64,000 nucleotides of DNA, from the NCBI GenBank assembly GCA_038496445.1, contig JALMLS010000455.1, forward strand, positions 868,001 to 932,000, written 5' to 3'. Position 1 is the first letter of the stretch, and each line of letters starts with the position of its first letter. Shown one piece after another: positions 62,430 through 64,000 of this stretch. Under the pieces are notes generated by a model. That model was given only the letters and a program-made list of their open reading frames with translations. It ran no database searches and was not told the DNA's origin. Source of the DNA: Trichosphaerium sp. ATCC 40318 (Eukaryota; Protista; Tubulinea). The position numbers were made by a program, and so were the translations under genes.

Positions 62430-64000
62430 CTATAACATGTCCATCAAGAGATTGAAAGTCCGGTATTGAGTCTGTAAAGAGAGTGTTCTGTATTCCGATT
62501 TTCTGAAACCGTCAACTCCAGTAAATCAGAAAATCACGTGACAAACAGAAATTAAAACTGGTTATTTGTTTGAGGTGCTATTAGCGGTACGTCTGTAACT
62601 TTTGAACATACACATAGATTCTCAAGGGCTACTTTTATCCCTAAGCGTTGTGAACTTCCCTTTCGTTACATGCGCTCAGCGCGACTAAAACCTAATGACT
62701 GATGCTCTTGTAGAGTTTTCAGCGTTACCTTTAACGAAAACCCTTTTATTACCGCGTTAGATACTTTCAAGGTACTAATGGGGTTTGTTACTACATATTA
62801 ACAACAGACTCAACTTTTTTTTTGCTTGTCGCAGCATCGTTTTCTTCTTTTGCTAATTTTTTCTTTTCTTAGATTCAAAGTCGGGTTTGTAGTCTTCGTT
62901 TTAAACAATGGACAATAGTAAATGCGCTGATGATAATGACACTCTTTTGGTTTATCGTAAGTCGGGTTTTATTTGTCACGTTTGTTGCGTTACAGTTTTT
63001 ATTCATTCTTTGAACGCTAGGTAAAAAACTACTTGTCATCCTTGAAGAGGGTTGTTTTTACACAGGAACTATAAAAAGCTTATCGGGTATCAGACATGGT
63101 AAAGGTATACAAATATGGTACAAACAAGGTGTAGAATACCGACAGAAGGTTAAAATGTACATTGGCCACTATTTAGATGGTAAGATGACAGGGCGTGGAA
63201 AGTTGTATTGGGTTGATGGTAGCACATATGATGGAGACTTCTTGGATGGTAAGATGTCAGGGCATGGAGAGTTGTGCTGGCGAGATGGTAGTAAATACAT
63301 TGGTGACTTTTTAGATGGTATGAGAACAGGTAGTGGAGCGTTTTATTGGCCAGTTGAGAATAATTTTACCTTTGGTTCTTCTCGTTTAAAAAAAGCAATT
63401 GTCTCAACAGACTCTGATTTGAGGAATAAAAAATATGTTGGCAAATTTGTGGATGGCAAGAGTTCAGGCACTGGGAAGATGGTTTTCGTAAATGGAGAGA
63501 TATACGCTGGCGAGTTTTTGGATGGAAGGAGGAGAGATGGTTCTGGAGAGTATTATTGGCCGAGTGGTAAAAAATACAGTGGCAACTTTATCAATAGTGA
63601 GATGTCAGGGTTTGGAGAGTTGTGTTGGCCTAATGGCGACAAGTATATTGGCCAATTTGAGAATGGAAAGAGGAATGGTATTGGAGAGTTTTATTCAGCA
63701 AGTGGATATAAAGAAATAGGGTATTTCTCAAACAATAAGTTTCTTAAAATAGAAGAAGGCAAGATTTCTGGAACACCAAATCAAGACACGTTTGTTAAAA
63801 ACATGAACAGAATGCCATCTATTCGTATCAATTCTAAGGATAAGTCATACGAGGATATTAAAGCTGTGGTGTATGTAGAAAGGAAGTATTTCAAAAAAGT
63901 GATTGACTGGATAACTAGCAAGTGTGAAATTCATATGATTGATTCACCTTTACTAGACGGTTTCAAAATGATAAATTGTAAAGACAGTTATATGTTTATC
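62430..64000 (+). repeat. Inverted duplicate of ~53480-55050 (promoter + 5' part of copy 2)
   Basis: Near-identical promoter, exon 1, intron 1 and MORN exon in reverse complement. Confidence 0.92.
62908..64000 (+). CDS. MORN-Roco-PARP family copy 3, 5' part (runs off the window)
   Basis: ATG 62908, intron 62957-63020, exon 2 open to the window end; close paralog of copy 2. Missing from the ORF track because it has no stop in the window. Confidence 0.85.

Overview
AT-rich eukaryotic nuclear DNA with many short (~40-100 nt) GT-AG introns, probably from a free-living protist (amoeba-like; taxon is inference). About 22 protein genes can be rebuilt by hand. Ordinary genes include an MFS sugar transporter, a Zn2Cys6 transcription factor, a GHL15-like hydrolase, a formin, HTD2-like, RING and FDXACB1/BMT5-like genes, a C-type lectin/mucin and several secreted proteins. 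Interleaved with them is a set of duplicated repeat-sensor genes. The best candidate for an undescribed system is a three-copy family with the architecture MORN repeats - Roc GTPase - COR - PARP-like (H-Y-E) ADP-ribosyltransferase - receiver-like domain. Its MORN arrays differ in number and sequence between copies, and one copy sits between 30-bp perfect inverted repeats. An ankyrin-PARP gene of the same ART subfamily, two F-box-LRR genes and two F-box-MORN-variant genes share the window. Also present: an atypical Ser-type tRNA (ACT-centred, enlarged anticodon loop) inside a formin intron, a second tRNA-like Pol III unit, several MITEs, two inverted segmental duplications and collapsed gene remnants. 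Exon boundaries were inferred by eye and no database searches were run.
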